Notes: generated from the letters alone by a model not told the origin. DNA of 59,148 nucleotides, filler included, from Candidatus Woesearchaeota archaeon (GCA_018399355.1; 5 parts of 5 records of this genome joined end to end with filler, not necessarily neighbours in it); one strand, 5' to 3'. Counted from the first letter of the whole stretch, positions 1-9,400 are shown. Program-made: numbers and translations.

Positions 1-1
1 A

Positions 2-202
2 ATGACACAAGATCAAAAAGACGAAATGCACGAGCTAAGAGAACGGGCAAGACTACAAGCAGAAATTAACGAGCAAACAAAAAAAGCAATAATATTAATT
101 GCGGACTTAATTAATGAAACTTTATCTACCAATGATAACCTTTGGAATCTTCGTAGCGAAATTAAAACACTAAATGACCATTTAATTAAGTTAGCCCAAT
201 GA
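2..202 (+). CDS. hypothetical small helical protein, possibly 5'-truncated at the window edge
   Basis: 66-aa ORF whose stop overlaps the next ATG (ATGA at 199-202); no recognisable motif. Confidence 0.5.
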   Translation: MTQDQKDEMHELRERARLQAEINEQTKKAIILIADLINETLSTNDNLWNLRSEIKTLNDHLIKLAQ

Positions 203-348
203 AAAAAAGAGAATTAAAATTAGTAAAAATAGCAAGTGTTGAACAACACATGGACGCACACTATCGTGGTGAAATAAGCTACTTAAAAGCGGTGGATTTA
301 ATTAATTCAGACGCAAATAAAAATCTTAAATTAAAAATTAATTTTTGA
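199..348 (+). CDS. hypothetical 49-aa protein (MKKRELKLVKIASVEQHMDAHYRGEISYLKAVDLIN...), not in the ORF track
   Basis: Translated by hand; ATGA coupling with the upstream ORF. Confidence 0.45.
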   Translation: MKKRELKLVKIASVEQHMDAHYRGEISYLKAVDLINSDANKNLKLKINF

Positions 349-474
349 AAAATATATATTTCTGAAAAATAATAAGTTTTAAATACTCTAAATTTTAAAA
401 TAGAGGTTAGATAAAGTGATAGTCATTTGATTCGAATTTAAAATAAGAAATTTAAAATAAAAAGAGGGGTACAA

Positions 475-1614
475 ATGGTAAATCAGTTTAAGAAAGAACC
501 TTTTATGAACAGATTGAAAGATACCGGTTTTCTTCTGAAGAATTCTTTTACAGTAGTTGGAAAAGACAAGGACATTATAAAACCCACAATAAAGATGATT
601 ATATTTTCCTTGTTAATATTAATATTTATTCCACTGTCCGTGTTTCTTATCTATACTGGAAATTTTGCACTCTTTGGAATTGCCTTGCTTGTTTTTACTT
701 TGATAATAATGGTTCCTTGGAGATTTTTTTATGATGTGAACCAAAAAGCAACCCAGGGCTGGATAGTTTACAATACAATTTCAGGAAGAGATATTAACTG
801 TAAGGATGCATACAACCATATAAAATCAGAGAAAGGAAAACTAAGGCTTATAGCAATAGTAGACATAATAATAAAATATGCAAAAAGTCAAAGAGGGAAC
901 AGAAAAGGAGTTTTAGGAATTATTATTGGTTTATTCTTATCTTTTCTTGCAGAGGTTTGGGATTTACTGAGTCATTATATGCTTCCAGCTGTAGTTATTG
1001 AGCAAAAATCATTGAAAGAAATTATTCCAAATATAAAACGGCTCGCAAACAATGTTCCTGCAACACTTATGGGGGTTTTTGGAATAGATTTTGTTGGAAA
1101 TGTTGTAAGAACACTAGCATTTCCCATATATCTTTTTTTTATTTTAATCTCAATAGGAATTGGTGCTCTTCTTTCAGAGGTATTGTGGAGAACTGAGATA
1201 ACCATAGGAGGATTATCTTTTTCATGGGCTCCTTTGGCAATAATAATCTATTTGCTTATAATAATTAATATGATAATTGGAAAGCTTGTTGATTCTGTTA
1301 AAGTAATATACTTTACAATATTTTATACTTCAATAATGAGGCCAATGGAAATAAGCGAGGACATGAGAGATGAGCTTACAAAATATTTGTTGATGGATAA
1401 ATCCTCATTTTCAGAGAAATCACCATCGCAAGCTCCTTTAAAAAAAGACAAAGTGGAAAAAGAGGATCCCTACATTATTAAGCTTGCAGATTATTTTCAG
1501 AATTATATTAACCAGGGTTATTCTGCTGAGGAGATAAAGGATTTTCTTATATCAAAAGGATATGATAAATCAGATATTGACAGCGCCTTAAATTATTTGA
1601 TGAGAAATAAGTAG
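475..1614 (+). CDS. multi-pass membrane protein (DUF6159-like) with a small C-terminal helical domain
   Basis: Several hydrophobic segments; N-terminal LLKNSFTVVGKDKDII resembles DUF6159; GAGGGG SD upstream. Confidence 0.7.
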   Translation: MVNQFKKEPFMNRLKDTGFLLKNSFTVVGKDKDIIKPTIKMIIFSLLILIFIPLSVFLIYTGNFALFGIALLVFTLIIMVPWRFFYDVNQKATQGWIVYNTISGRDINCKDAYNHIKSEKGKLRLIAIVDIIIKYAKSQRGNRKGVLGIIIGLFLSFLAEVWDLLSHYMLPAVVIEQKSLKEIIPNIKRLANNVPATLMGVFGIDFVGNVVRTLAFPIYLFFILISIGIGALLSEVLWRTEITIGGLSFSWAPLAIIIYLLIIINMIIGKLVDSVKVIYFTIFYTSIMRPMEISEDMRDELTKYLLMDKSSFSEKSPSQAPLKKDKVEKEDPYIIKLADYFQNYINQGYSAEEIKDFLISKGYDKSDIDSALNYLMRNK

Positions 1615-1883
1615 GAGACACGCCCGGAAATGGATAACTGCCTTGGCCGCAGGCTACCCTGGCCCTTCCTCAGACCCGCTACCCTACAAGCACCAGTCTT
1701 AAAGGTTAATGCTGCTCCATTCCTGGTCTGACATGATTCCCTAAAAAACCGATCCTGCAGGACAGGCCGTCAACGTCCAGGCCAAGACCCGCAATCAAAA
1801 CAATTACCTCTTCCCGGGCTTCGGCCCCATCATAAAGCCCGTTGATGGTAACAGGAGAGGGCTAACCCCCCGGCCTAGTCTCC
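1614..1883 (-). ncRNA. ffs: archaeal signal recognition particle (SRP/7S) RNA
   Basis: GC-rich island. Minus strand starts GGAGACUAGGCC and ends GUCUCC (helix 1). Alu domain has the UGU motif and GCCC/GGGC loop-loop pairing. Helix 8 SRP54 site is UCAGACCA-GGAA-UGGAGCAG (1709-1734). Confidence 0.93.
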
Positions 1884-1904
1884 AGAACATATTAATTTAT
1901 GATG

Positions 1905-1920
1905 TTTTTTAAGCTTTTCG
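1905..1920 (-). promoter_or_regulatory. putative BRE/TATA promoter of the SRP RNA
   Basis: Minus strand CGAAAAG-CTTAAAAAA about 25 nt upstream of the RNA 5' end. Confidence 0.55.
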
Positions 1921-2003
1921 ATATATCTTGCTTTAAACAACCAAATAATGAAGCATATATTTTATATATAAGGTCACGCTTATGGTTATAATATAAATCA
2001 AAA

Positions 2004-2570
2004 ATGGCCAAAAACAAAAATAAGTCAATTGCATGGATTCTGCTTTCAAGTGTGATAGGCCTTATAATATTCCTGATTATTGTATTTACAGTGAATATCC
2101 TAGCAATATCAAATTACAATCCTATTCTTAATAAAATAGCAACTTTCCTTAATAGCAATATATTCCTTATAATAATCCTTTCTTTTATGTTTCTTATCGG
2201 AGAAATTTTTAATGCACTTAAATTTCCTTTTAATTTACCGGCTCCTTTATTTAATGCAATCGGAAGCATTTTTTTGTTATCCTTCATATTTAGGGTATTC
2301 ATGCTTATGGACTTGATAATAGGAGAGAGAATTTTTTATTTTATCAATATATTCTCTTTATTTATTTATCCGATAGTCTTCCTGATAGTTTTGGTTTCAG
2401 GTTATGTTGTAATTTTCTCAGATTTATTAAAAAAACAAGAATCCAAAGAAAAACCAAAAAAGAGCAAGTCAAAGACATGGCAGGATGTTGAAGATGAATT
2501 CAGACAAACAGTATATGATTTTTTAACTCTTATAAGAAGCTCAATAAAAGGAAAAAAACAGAAAAAATAA
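2004..2570 (+). CDS. hypothetical membrane protein (about 4 TM helices)
   Basis: Hydrophobic segments and a basic C-terminal tail. Confidence 0.7.
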   Translation: MAKNKNKSIAWILLSSVIGLIIFLIIVFTVNILAISNYNPILNKIATFLNSNIFLIIILSFMFLIGEIFNALKFPFNLPAPLFNAIGSIFLLSFIFRVFMLMDLIIGERIFYFINIFSLFIYPIVFLIVLVSGYVVIFSDLLKKQESKEKPKKSKSKTWQDVEDEFRQTVYDFLTLIRSSIKGKKQKK

Positions 2571-2622
2571 TTCTATTTTTATTCATACATTAAAGCATAC
2601 TCCTTAACATTAGTATTTTGTT

Positions 2623-3843
2623 TTATTCATATCGCAAAGCATCAACCGGCTTCAATCTTGATGCTGCCTTTGCAGGAAAATAACCAGATGCAGCCCCTAC
2701 TAAGAATGAAAATACAAGGCAGCCAACTATTAGCCACCATGGGAAATATGGTTTGAGAAATGAATACCCAGATGCTGCAATAATAGTTTCCCCGAGTTTT
2801 GCCAATGCAAATCCAATAATTATTCCAATACCTCCTCCAATCAATCCTAACATTCCTGACTCAAAAAAGAAGATGAAAAGTATTGTGCTGTTTTTTGCAC
2901 CAATGGCCTTCATAATCCCAATCTCCTTTGTCCTTTCTAAAACAGAAGTATACACTGTGTTCATAATATTTACAGCAGCAACCAAAACAGATATCCCTGC
3001 AATTATAACCAGAATAGAATTAAGAATCAAGAGTACAGTGCCAAAGGTTTCCATTAGCTGCTCAAAAGACTGGATGTAAAATGTTTCCTGCCCTTCCTCC
3101 TGTCCTTTTTCTTTTCTTAACCTTTCCTCAAGTTTTTCTGCAAGCTCGCTTGGGTTCTCACCTTTTTCTGCGCTAATGTAAATATAACCATACTCATCTC
3201 CAATATCAAATAAATCTTTCATTGCATCATTTGTAAGATAAACATTTGAATCATCCTGTAAATTTCCTATCTCTTCATAAAAACCAACAATATCAAACGA
3301 TTTTCCATTAATAATGACCTTATCCCTTAAATCAAGAGCCTTAGAAAAAACATTGTCTTCAACCATATAATTATAACCAAGTACAACCTTGCTTGAGTCA
3401 CCTTTCTTTAAGTTTCTTCCTTTAAGTATTCCATAACCTGCAAATGCCTCTTCAACAAGTTTCTGCATGGATGGGTCAGTTGGCATTCCGGCAATAAAAA
3501 CCCATTTTCCTAATTTGTCTTTATCAATCTTAACTTCGCTCTGCCTCATTATCATCCCAGTAGCTTCTGAAACACCGCGCTGCTTTTTTATGAAGTCAAG
3601 ATCATCCTGGGTTAAATAAAGGTTTCCAGTTCCAGGAATTCCTGCCCCTTTTGGCATTACCATAAGCTTATTAACACCCATTTCTTCACTCATTTCATCC
3701 ATATACTTTACAAGGCCCTGACCAAAACTCATTAAAACAAAGATTGCCATTATTCCTATAAGGATTGAAAGAATAGTAAGAAAACTTCTTGTAAATCTTT
3801 GTCTTAAGTTGGTTATAACATACCCTATTAAGTCTTCTATCAT
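2623..3843 (-). CDS. ABC transporter permease, MacB/FtsX family
   Basis: RSFLTILSILIGI N-terminal TM; IMNTVYTSVLERTKEIGIMKAIGA; PAKAASRLKPVDALRYE; start placed at MIEDL. Confidence 0.93.
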   Translation of the reverse strand: MIEDLIGYVITNLRQRFTRSFLTILSILIGIMAIFVLMSFGQGLVKYMDEMSEEMGVNKLMVMPKGAGIPGTGNLYLTQDDLDFIKKQRGVSEATGMIMRQSEVKIDKDKLGKWVFIAGMPTDPSMQKLVEEAFAGYGILKGRNLKKGDSSKVVLGYNYMVEDNVFSKALDLRDKVIINGKSFDIVGFYEEIGNLQDDSNVYLTNDAMKDLFDIGDEYGYIYISAEKGENPSELAEKLEERLRKEKGQEEGQETFYIQSFEQLMETFGTVLLILNSILVIIAGISVLVAAVNIMNTVYTSVLERTKEIGIMKAIGAKNSTILFIFFFESGMLGLIGGGIGIIIGFALAKLGETIIAASGYSFLKPYFPWWLIVGCLVFSFLVGAASGYFPAKAASRLKPVDALRYE

Positions 3844-3853
3844 TTTATTTCCT

Positions 3854-5077
3854 TTATTTTGAATTACGCAGGGCATCAACTGGATTTAGTTTTGATGCCC
3901 TTATGGCAGGTATTACCCCAAAAATAGTTCCAAGCAAAAAAGAGCCAAATATTGAGCCGAGCACGAGCCATATGCTTATCTCTGCCCTTATTAGCTCGCT
4001 TCCAAGCAAGAGCCTTCCGACAGACGCAAGTCCTGTTGCCATTGCTATTCCAGATGCAGCCCCTATTATTCCTCCAACACTTCCTATCAAGCCGGATTCA
4101 ATAAAAAAAAGTGTGAATATTGTGCTGTTTTTAGCTCCTATAGATTTCATTATACCTATGTCTTTTGTACGCTCTAAAACAGAAGTAAACATAGTATTCA
4201 TTATTCCAATCCCTCCAACCAATATTGATATGGCTGCAATGATATAAACAAAAAGTTGTACAGCAAACAAAGTAGAATTAACCTGGGCAAGGGTTGCCTG
4301 GGGCGTCTGGACTGTAAAATCCTCCTCCCCTATTTTTACATTTCTTTCTTTCCTCATCAGTTTTTCTATGTCTTCTTCAACTATTTTTATGTCTGCATTT
4401 TGATGAATTTGTGCTACAATAATATCATACTCTTTATCTGGGATGTCCAGTATTTCTCTTAAATCATCATCTTCCGTGAAAACTAGTGCATCAACAGCAA
4501 AGCTTCCTGTTTTTTCAAGAATTCCAACAACCTCAAATTCTTCATCCTCTATAAGTATTTTTGATCTTGTGGTTATCTCTTTTTCAAATTCTGAACTTTC
4601 CCCACCTATGTTGTTTCCAAGCATAACCTTTTTCCTATCTCCATCCTCTAAAAGCCTTCCCTGCTCAGGCTCAAGATCAAAAGAAGATTCAATAATCTTT
4701 CTTGCTTCACCTTCCGGCATGCTTGCAGCATTTCCAAATTTAACATCATCCTTGTATTGTATCTTAATACTCCTTACAAGCCTTCCGGCAGCAACCTTAA
4801 CACCATTAACTCTTCCAATTTTTTCAAGATTATCTTTTGTCAATGGGTTTACAACTCCTGTTCCAGGAGGACCAAATCCTCCTGATGCTGTTACTGTAAG
4901 CTTGTCTGTTCCAATATTACCAAACTGCGAGCTTATCGCTACCTTAAGACCTTGGCCTATCCCAATAAGAGAAACAACAGCGGTTATACCTATGATTATT
5001 CCAATCATGGTAAGCCATGACCTAAGCTTTCGGTTCTTTATACCGTTAAAAGCAAACTTTGCATAATCTATTAACAT
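3854..5077 (-). CDS. ABC transporter permease, MacB/FtsX family (paralog of the neighbour)
   Basis: RSWLTMIGIIIGI; GGIGIMNTMFTSVLERTKDIGIMKSIGA; PAIRASKLNPVDALR. Confidence 0.93.
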   Translation of the reverse strand: MLIDYAKFAFNGIKNRKLRSWLTMIGIIIGITAVVSLIGIGQGLKVAISSQFGNIGTDKLTVTASGGFGPPGTGVVNPLTKDNLEKIGRVNGVKVAAGRLVRSIKIQYKDDVKFGNAASMPEGEARKIIESSFDLEPEQGRLLEDGDRKKVMLGNNIGGESSEFEKEITTRSKILIEDEEFEVVGILEKTGSFAVDALVFTEDDDLREILDIPDKEYDIIVAQIHQNADIKIVEEDIEKLMRKERNVKIGEEDFTVQTPQATLAQVNSTLFAVQLFVYIIAAISILVGGIGIMNTMFTSVLERTKDIGIMKSIGAKNSTIFTLFFIESGLIGSVGGIIGAASGIAMATGLASVGRLLLGSELIRAEISIWLVLGSIFGSFLLGTIFGVIPAIRASKLNPVDALRNSK

Positions 5078-5092
5078 TCTAAAAAAATAAAA

Positions 5093-6373
5093 TTAGTTTT
5101 TATGGTTGTTTTTTCTTTTCTTCCACCATCTGTAAACAAAGTAACCAGCAACAATAACTATCAAGATTATTATAAATCCGCTTGAGTTATTGCTATATCC
5201 ATCAATACCATACTTCTTTGCTTCATCCCTTGTGTAGGAGTTAATGTAAACTGTTTTCTGTTTCTCATAAAAATTGTTGTTTGGGTCAAGGTAGTTGTAT
5301 TCCAGAATTAATGGAACTTTTGAATCTTCAGTGTCTTTTATGTATATCTTGAATTCTGCTGTTTCATAATCATCAGAATCAACATTTCCAAGATAAACCT
5401 TTGATGGCGATATTACCTTGATGTAATCGCTTTCCTTTAACTCAATATCAAGAAGCTTCACACCTGTTGTTCCCTTGTTTGTAAAAGAAAGGTAAACCAT
5501 GCCTGCTTGACCTTTCATGAAGACTTCTGTTGAATCAAGCAATGGCTCTAGCAATGGCTCATCACCAATAACAATACTTATTATTTCTGATTTTGAATAG
5601 TTTGTTCCAAGCTCATCAGAATATTCAATGTTTACAGTTATTTTGTAGATATTAGCACTTGCATCAGGATTAGGTATTATTGTGAAGTCCACGGTCTCAG
5701 TTTCTCTGGAATTGATTTTTTTTATTACCTGTTTGTTTGTGGTTCCGATTGTTGAGAATGGCAATTCTTCATATGTTACAGATGTTGTTGATCGAAGAAC
5801 TTTTATTAACTCCAATTCAATCTGGACATCCTTTAAAAGAGAATCTGCCATGTTTTCCAGCTGGATGCTTAATAATGCCTTTTTCCCGGGAGGCATTGGG
5901 TCAGGATTATAATCTATTTTCTTTATATTCAGTATTGCATCATGAGTTTTTACATTAATGTAAAACTCATTTGGCTTTTGCCATGTAACTCCATTATCCA
6001 AGCTGTACCTTACACTTATTTCATTTTCACCCTCAACAGCATTCTCATCAATCCTTAACCTGTATGTTACCATAACACCGTTGTCACCTATCTGCCTGCC
6101 CCATACACTTCCTATTTTTTGTGCTACGCTTTCTCCCGGGTCAAGAGAAAAAGGATATTCGGGAAGGATTTCAAATATAACATTTTCTGCATTTGAAGAT
6201 CCCATGTTCTCAATCTTAAATATTACATCTACATACTTGCCTGGCTCTCCAGGGTCAGGCTGGTAGTTAACCATTGTTACCCTTATCTGCGCTGAATCAG
6301 GAATTACAGCAAAAGAATCCTGAGCTAAAAACAAAAAAACCATACATAAAAATCCAATTAATATTTTTTTCAT
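5093..6373 (-). CDS. COG1361-type S-layer-domain protein (Ig-like/CARDB repeats, C-terminal TM anchor)
   Basis: Signal peptide; YQPDPGEPGKYVDVIFKIENMG repeat motif; C-terminal TM followed by WWKKRK; GGAGGT SD; usual partner of archaeal MacB operons. Confidence 0.8.
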   Translation of the reverse strand: MKKILIGFLCMVFLFLAQDSFAVIPDSAQIRVTMVNYQPDPGEPGKYVDVIFKIENMGSSNAENVIFEILPEYPFSLDPGESVAQKIGSVWGRQIGDNGVMVTYRLRIDENAVEGENEISVRYSLDNGVTWQKPNEFYINVKTHDAILNIKKIDYNPDPMPPGKKALLSIQLENMADSLLKDVQIELELIKVLRSTTSVTYEELPFSTIGTTNKQVIKKINSRETETVDFTIIPNPDASANIYKITVNIEYSDELGTNYSKSEIISIVIGDEPLLEPLLDSTEVFMKGQAGMVYLSFTNKGTTGVKLLDIELKESDYIKVISPSKVYLGNVDSDDYETAEFKIYIKDTEDSKVPLILEYNYLDPNNNFYEKQKTVYINSYTRDEAKKYGIDGYSNNSSGFIIILIVIVAGYFVYRWWKKRKNNHKN

Positions 6374-6374
6374 C

Positions 6375-7067
6375 TTAATTACCTCCACTATTTTTTACAA
6401 TAACTCCATCTTTTAAATGTGCTATGTTATCTGCATACTTTGCAAGACTCTCATCATGGGTGACCATCACTATTGTCTTTTTATCTTCCCTGTTAAGCTT
6501 TCTTAAAAAGTCCATTACCATCTTCCCTGTTTTTGAGTCAAGGTTTCCTGTTGGCTCATCTGCAAGGATAACATCTGGGTTGTTTGCCAATGCTCTTGCA
6601 ATAGCAACACGCTGTCTTTCACCACCGGACATTTCTGTTGGCCTGTGGTTTATCCTGTGGCTAAGATTAACCTTGTTAAGCAGTTCCTCAGCCCTTTTAT
6701 TTCTTTTATCAACAGGAACTCCCTGAAAAACCATAGCAAGAGTGATATTTTCCTTTGCACTTATTGTATGAATTAGATTAAAAGTCTGGAATATAAAACC
6801 TATTTTTCTCCCTCTTATCTGGGCAAGCTCTGACTCATGAAGATGCGCAATATTTTTTCCATCAAGATAAACCTCTCCCTTTGTCGGAATGTCAAGGCAT
6901 CCTACCATGTTCACAGCAGTGCTCTTTCCTGAGCCGCTAGGACCCATTATTGCAACAAACTCTCCGTTTTTAACATTAAAGTTCATTCCCCTGAGAGCAT
7001 TTACATCAACATCTCCCATCCTGTAGGTTTTCCATACATCCTTAAGCTCAATTATGTTTTTTTTCAT
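6375..7067 (-). CDS. ABC transporter ATP-binding protein (LolD/MacB type)
   Basis: GPSGSGKST Walker A, MSGGERQRVAIARAL signature, ILADEPTGNLDS, VTHD. Confidence 0.96.
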   Translation of the reverse strand: MKKNIIELKDVWKTYRMGDVDVNALRGMNFNVKNGEFVAIMGPSGSGKSTAVNMVGCLDIPTKGEVYLDGKNIAHLHESELAQIRGRKIGFIFQTFNLIHTISAKENITLAMVFQGVPVDKRNKRAEELLNKVNLSHRINHRPTEMSGGERQRVAIARALANNPDVILADEPTGNLDSKTGKMVMDFLRKLNREDKKTIVMVTHDESLAKYADNIAHLKDGVIVKNSGGN

Positions 7068-7560
7068 TTTCTTTTTTTCTTACTTTCTTTATCATTTCAA
7101 TAATATTCTTTACTATCTTTTCAGAAAGCACAACTTCTTCATAATATTTTTCTATTATCTTTAACTCCTGCCTGGATTTTTTTGATTTTTCTTTTTTGTA
7201 CTTTTTTATTATATCAGGTAGCTTGTTTTTTGTTGGAATGATTATTTTTTCATATTTTCTTTTAATCAAGTCAAGTGAAAATATACTCATCTCCTTTTCC
7301 ATGTAAAAATAAGCCTTTCTTGAGCCGGGCTTTTTTATTCTTTTTATTAACCCGATTCTTTCTATAAGTTTTGTTGCTGTGCATATTGCAGAGAGACTAT
7401 ATCCTGTCTTTTTTGAGAGCTCTTCAAGCGAAATCTCATCAGGACTTGCATAAAGAAGAGCAATTACCTCTGACGAGATTTCATCAAGGCCGTTAACCTT
7501 GCAGTTCTCTTTCATCAGGTGGATAAATTCATCCTTTGGTGTCTTGAAATAGCCAATCAT
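7048..7560 (-). CDS. GbsR/MarR-family transcriptional regulator
   Basis: wHTH ISLEELSKKTGYSLSAICTATKLIERIGLIKRIKKPGSRKAYF followed by a helical C-terminus; first gene of the ABC operon. Confidence 0.85.
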   Translation of the reverse strand: MIGYFKTPKDEFIHLMKENCKVNGLDEISSEVIALLYASPDEISLEELSKKTGYSLSAICTATKLIERIGLIKRIKKPGSRKAYFYMEKEMSIFSLDLIKRKYEKIIIPTKNKLPDIIKKYKKEKSKKSRQELKIIEKYYEEVVLSEKIVKNIIEMIKKVRKKENEKKHN

Positions 7561-7569
7561 TTTCTTTTT

Positions 7570-7604
7570 TAACTTTCAGTAATTTATGAAAGTTATGAAA
7601 GTTA
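7570..7604. promoter_or_regulatory. putative GbsR operator: TAACTTTCA-N8-TGAAAGTTA plus a tandem extra half-site
   Basis: Perfect 9-bp inverted repeat (7570-7578 / 7587-7595) with a repeated half-site at 7596-7604, lying between the minus-strand TATA (TTTAAATA, about 7606-7613) and the start codon. Confidence 0.7.
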
Positions 7605-7715
7605 GTATTTAAAGGTTTTGATTTTAGAAAGATAAAAAGCACTTAAAAAGAATTTTATGGTTTATAGCATCAGCAAACCAAAAAGTTTATTAAATCAAGA
7701 GTTAATTATTATATT

Positions 7716-8525
7716 ATGCAACCACAAATAATATTTCTTGGAACAGGGGGTGACTGCTTTGTGGTTGGAAAGCAGTTGAGAGCCTCTGGAGGAATCATAA
7801 TAAGAGCTAATGATATGCAGTTCCATATAGATCCTGGGCCTGGTTCAGTTGTCAGGGCAATGCAGTACGATGTTAATTTAAGGGAAAATACCTGTATCTT
7901 GTTGTCTCATAATCATATTAATCATGCTTCTGATATAAATGCTGTTATAAGTTCAATGACCCACGGCGGGCTTGACAAAAAAGGTGTTTTGATAACCAAC
8001 AAAACAGCTGTTGAGGGAAATGAAGACATAAGCCCGATGATTACGCATTATTACATGGGATGCCTTGAAAGGATTATAACAGCTCTTCCTGACCAAAGAA
8101 TAGGTGTTGGTGATATTGAAATAAAAACAACCCCAACAAAACACGGAATAGAAAACATCGGCTTTAAGTTTGTTACCCCTGATTTTACACTTTCATATAT
8201 TTCTGACACGGTTAATTTTACCGGGCTTGCAGAAGCTCACAAGGGTTCTGAGATACTAATTATGAATGTTGTAAATCCTTCGGGGGTTTCTTCAAAGATA
8301 AACCTGAATTCAGATGATGTGGTTGAAATAATAAAAAAAATAAAACCTAAGCTTGCGATAATACAGCACTTTGGTATAAAGATGATCAATGCTGACCCGA
8401 TGTATGAGGCAAGAGAGATACAGAAAAAGACAGACACACAGGTTATAGCGGCCAAAGACGGAATGGTAATAAACCCTTTGTCGTACTCCTCTTCTTTAAG
8501 ACAGAAAAAATTGGACAGTTTCTAG
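7716..8525 (+). CDS. MBL-fold metallo-hydrolase
   Basis: IIFLGTGG, IDPGPG, SHNHINH, TKH, YISDT, QHFG. Confidence 0.85.
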   Translation: MQPQIIFLGTGGDCFVVGKQLRASGGIIIRANDMQFHIDPGPGSVVRAMQYDVNLRENTCILLSHNHINHASDINAVISSMTHGGLDKKGVLITNKTAVEGNEDISPMITHYYMGCLERIITALPDQRIGVGDIEIKTTPTKHGIENIGFKFVTPDFTLSYISDTVNFTGLAEAHKGSEILIMNVVNPSGVSSKINLNSDDVVEIIKKIKPKLAIIQHFGIKMINADPMYEAREIQKKTDTQVIAAKDGMVINPLSYSSSLRQKKLDSF

Positions 8526-9400
8526 AAAAATAAAATAATAATTCCATATCCTACAAGGCATCCTGCTGTGAGAAATGGCATAGCAGGGTAGAATTTGTCT
8601 TTTTTGCTTTTTATAAACAAAAATATAAGCGCGATTGTTGCAAACAGGGGAATTATCAAAGATACAAAAAATCCGAATGTTTTCATTGCTACACCGGCAA
8701 AAAGCAAAGGAAATGCAACATCTCCTCCACCCAAAATTGCAGTCTTGATTTTTTCTATTTTTTCAACTTTTATTTTTTTGTCTTTTTTTAACTCTTTTTT
8801 AGGAGGGTTGTAAGGGATTGAAAGACCTGCAAAAACATTGGACTCTGTCTGAAATCTTGCAAGCTTTACCATGTGCTTGCTTTTCCAAACTGCATATATG
8901 TCATATACAGATATCAGAAACAAAAGTATGAAAACAGAGTACATGTTCATAATAGGAACAAATATTGCAGCCAGTCCACCGTAAACAAAAATCTCAGTTA
9001 TATTATGGACAAAAATATTAGGCCTGAAAACCTTTATCAAAGCAAGAATAAAACTGATTAAAAATGCAAACTGCTGCCCAATAAATGGATTTAAAGCTAT
9101 TGTAAGGCAGATTAAAACACTAAGGAAAAACCATACCTTCCACCACATCACTTTTTTGAATCTTACAAGCAGAAGCAACAGCCCAGTTCCAATAAGAACC
9201 GCGGTTATAATAAGGATAAATGACTTGTTTTCCTCAACAGGGGGCCTTTCAAAATCATAAGGAAGTTCCTCCCATGTTGTAACTCCTGTTTCAGCTGTTT
9301 TTTCATGGTCAATATATTCATTTGTTATTATCATTCCCATAAACTGAGAAAGAAAAAAAAGTGCTACAAGGGTTATTGTTACTTTTAATGTATGCTTCAT
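8522..9400 (-). CDS. presenilin/SPP-family intramembrane aspartyl protease
   Basis: YDIYAVW and LGGGD catalytic motifs, YPAMPF (PAL-like) motif, many TM helices. Confidence 0.9.
   Translation of the reverse strand: MKHTLKVTITLVALFFLSQFMGMIITNEYIDHEKTAETGVTTWEELPYDFERPPVEENKSFILIITAVLIGTGLLLLLVRFKKVMWWKVWFFLSVLICLTIALNPFIGQQFAFLISFILALIKVFRPNIFVHNITEIFVYGGLAAIFVPIMNMYSVFILLFLISVYDIYAVWKSKHMVKLARFQTESNVFAGLSIPYNPPKKELKKDKKIKVEKIEKIKTAILGGGDVAFPLLFAGVAMKTFGFFVSLIIPLFATIALIFLFIKSKKDKFYPAMPFLTAGCLVGYGIIILFF

Noticed and set aside
1614..1883. GC-rich island as tRNA, RNase P RNA or an rRNA fragment
   Set aside because: No cloverleaf or P4 motif; the SRP helix 8 and Alu features explain it
2753..6726. 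Numerous 60-200-aa antisense ORFs over the ABC operon and elsewhere
   Set aside because: They lie fully opposite well-supported genes and have no motifs or ribosome-binding sites; they are antisense shadows
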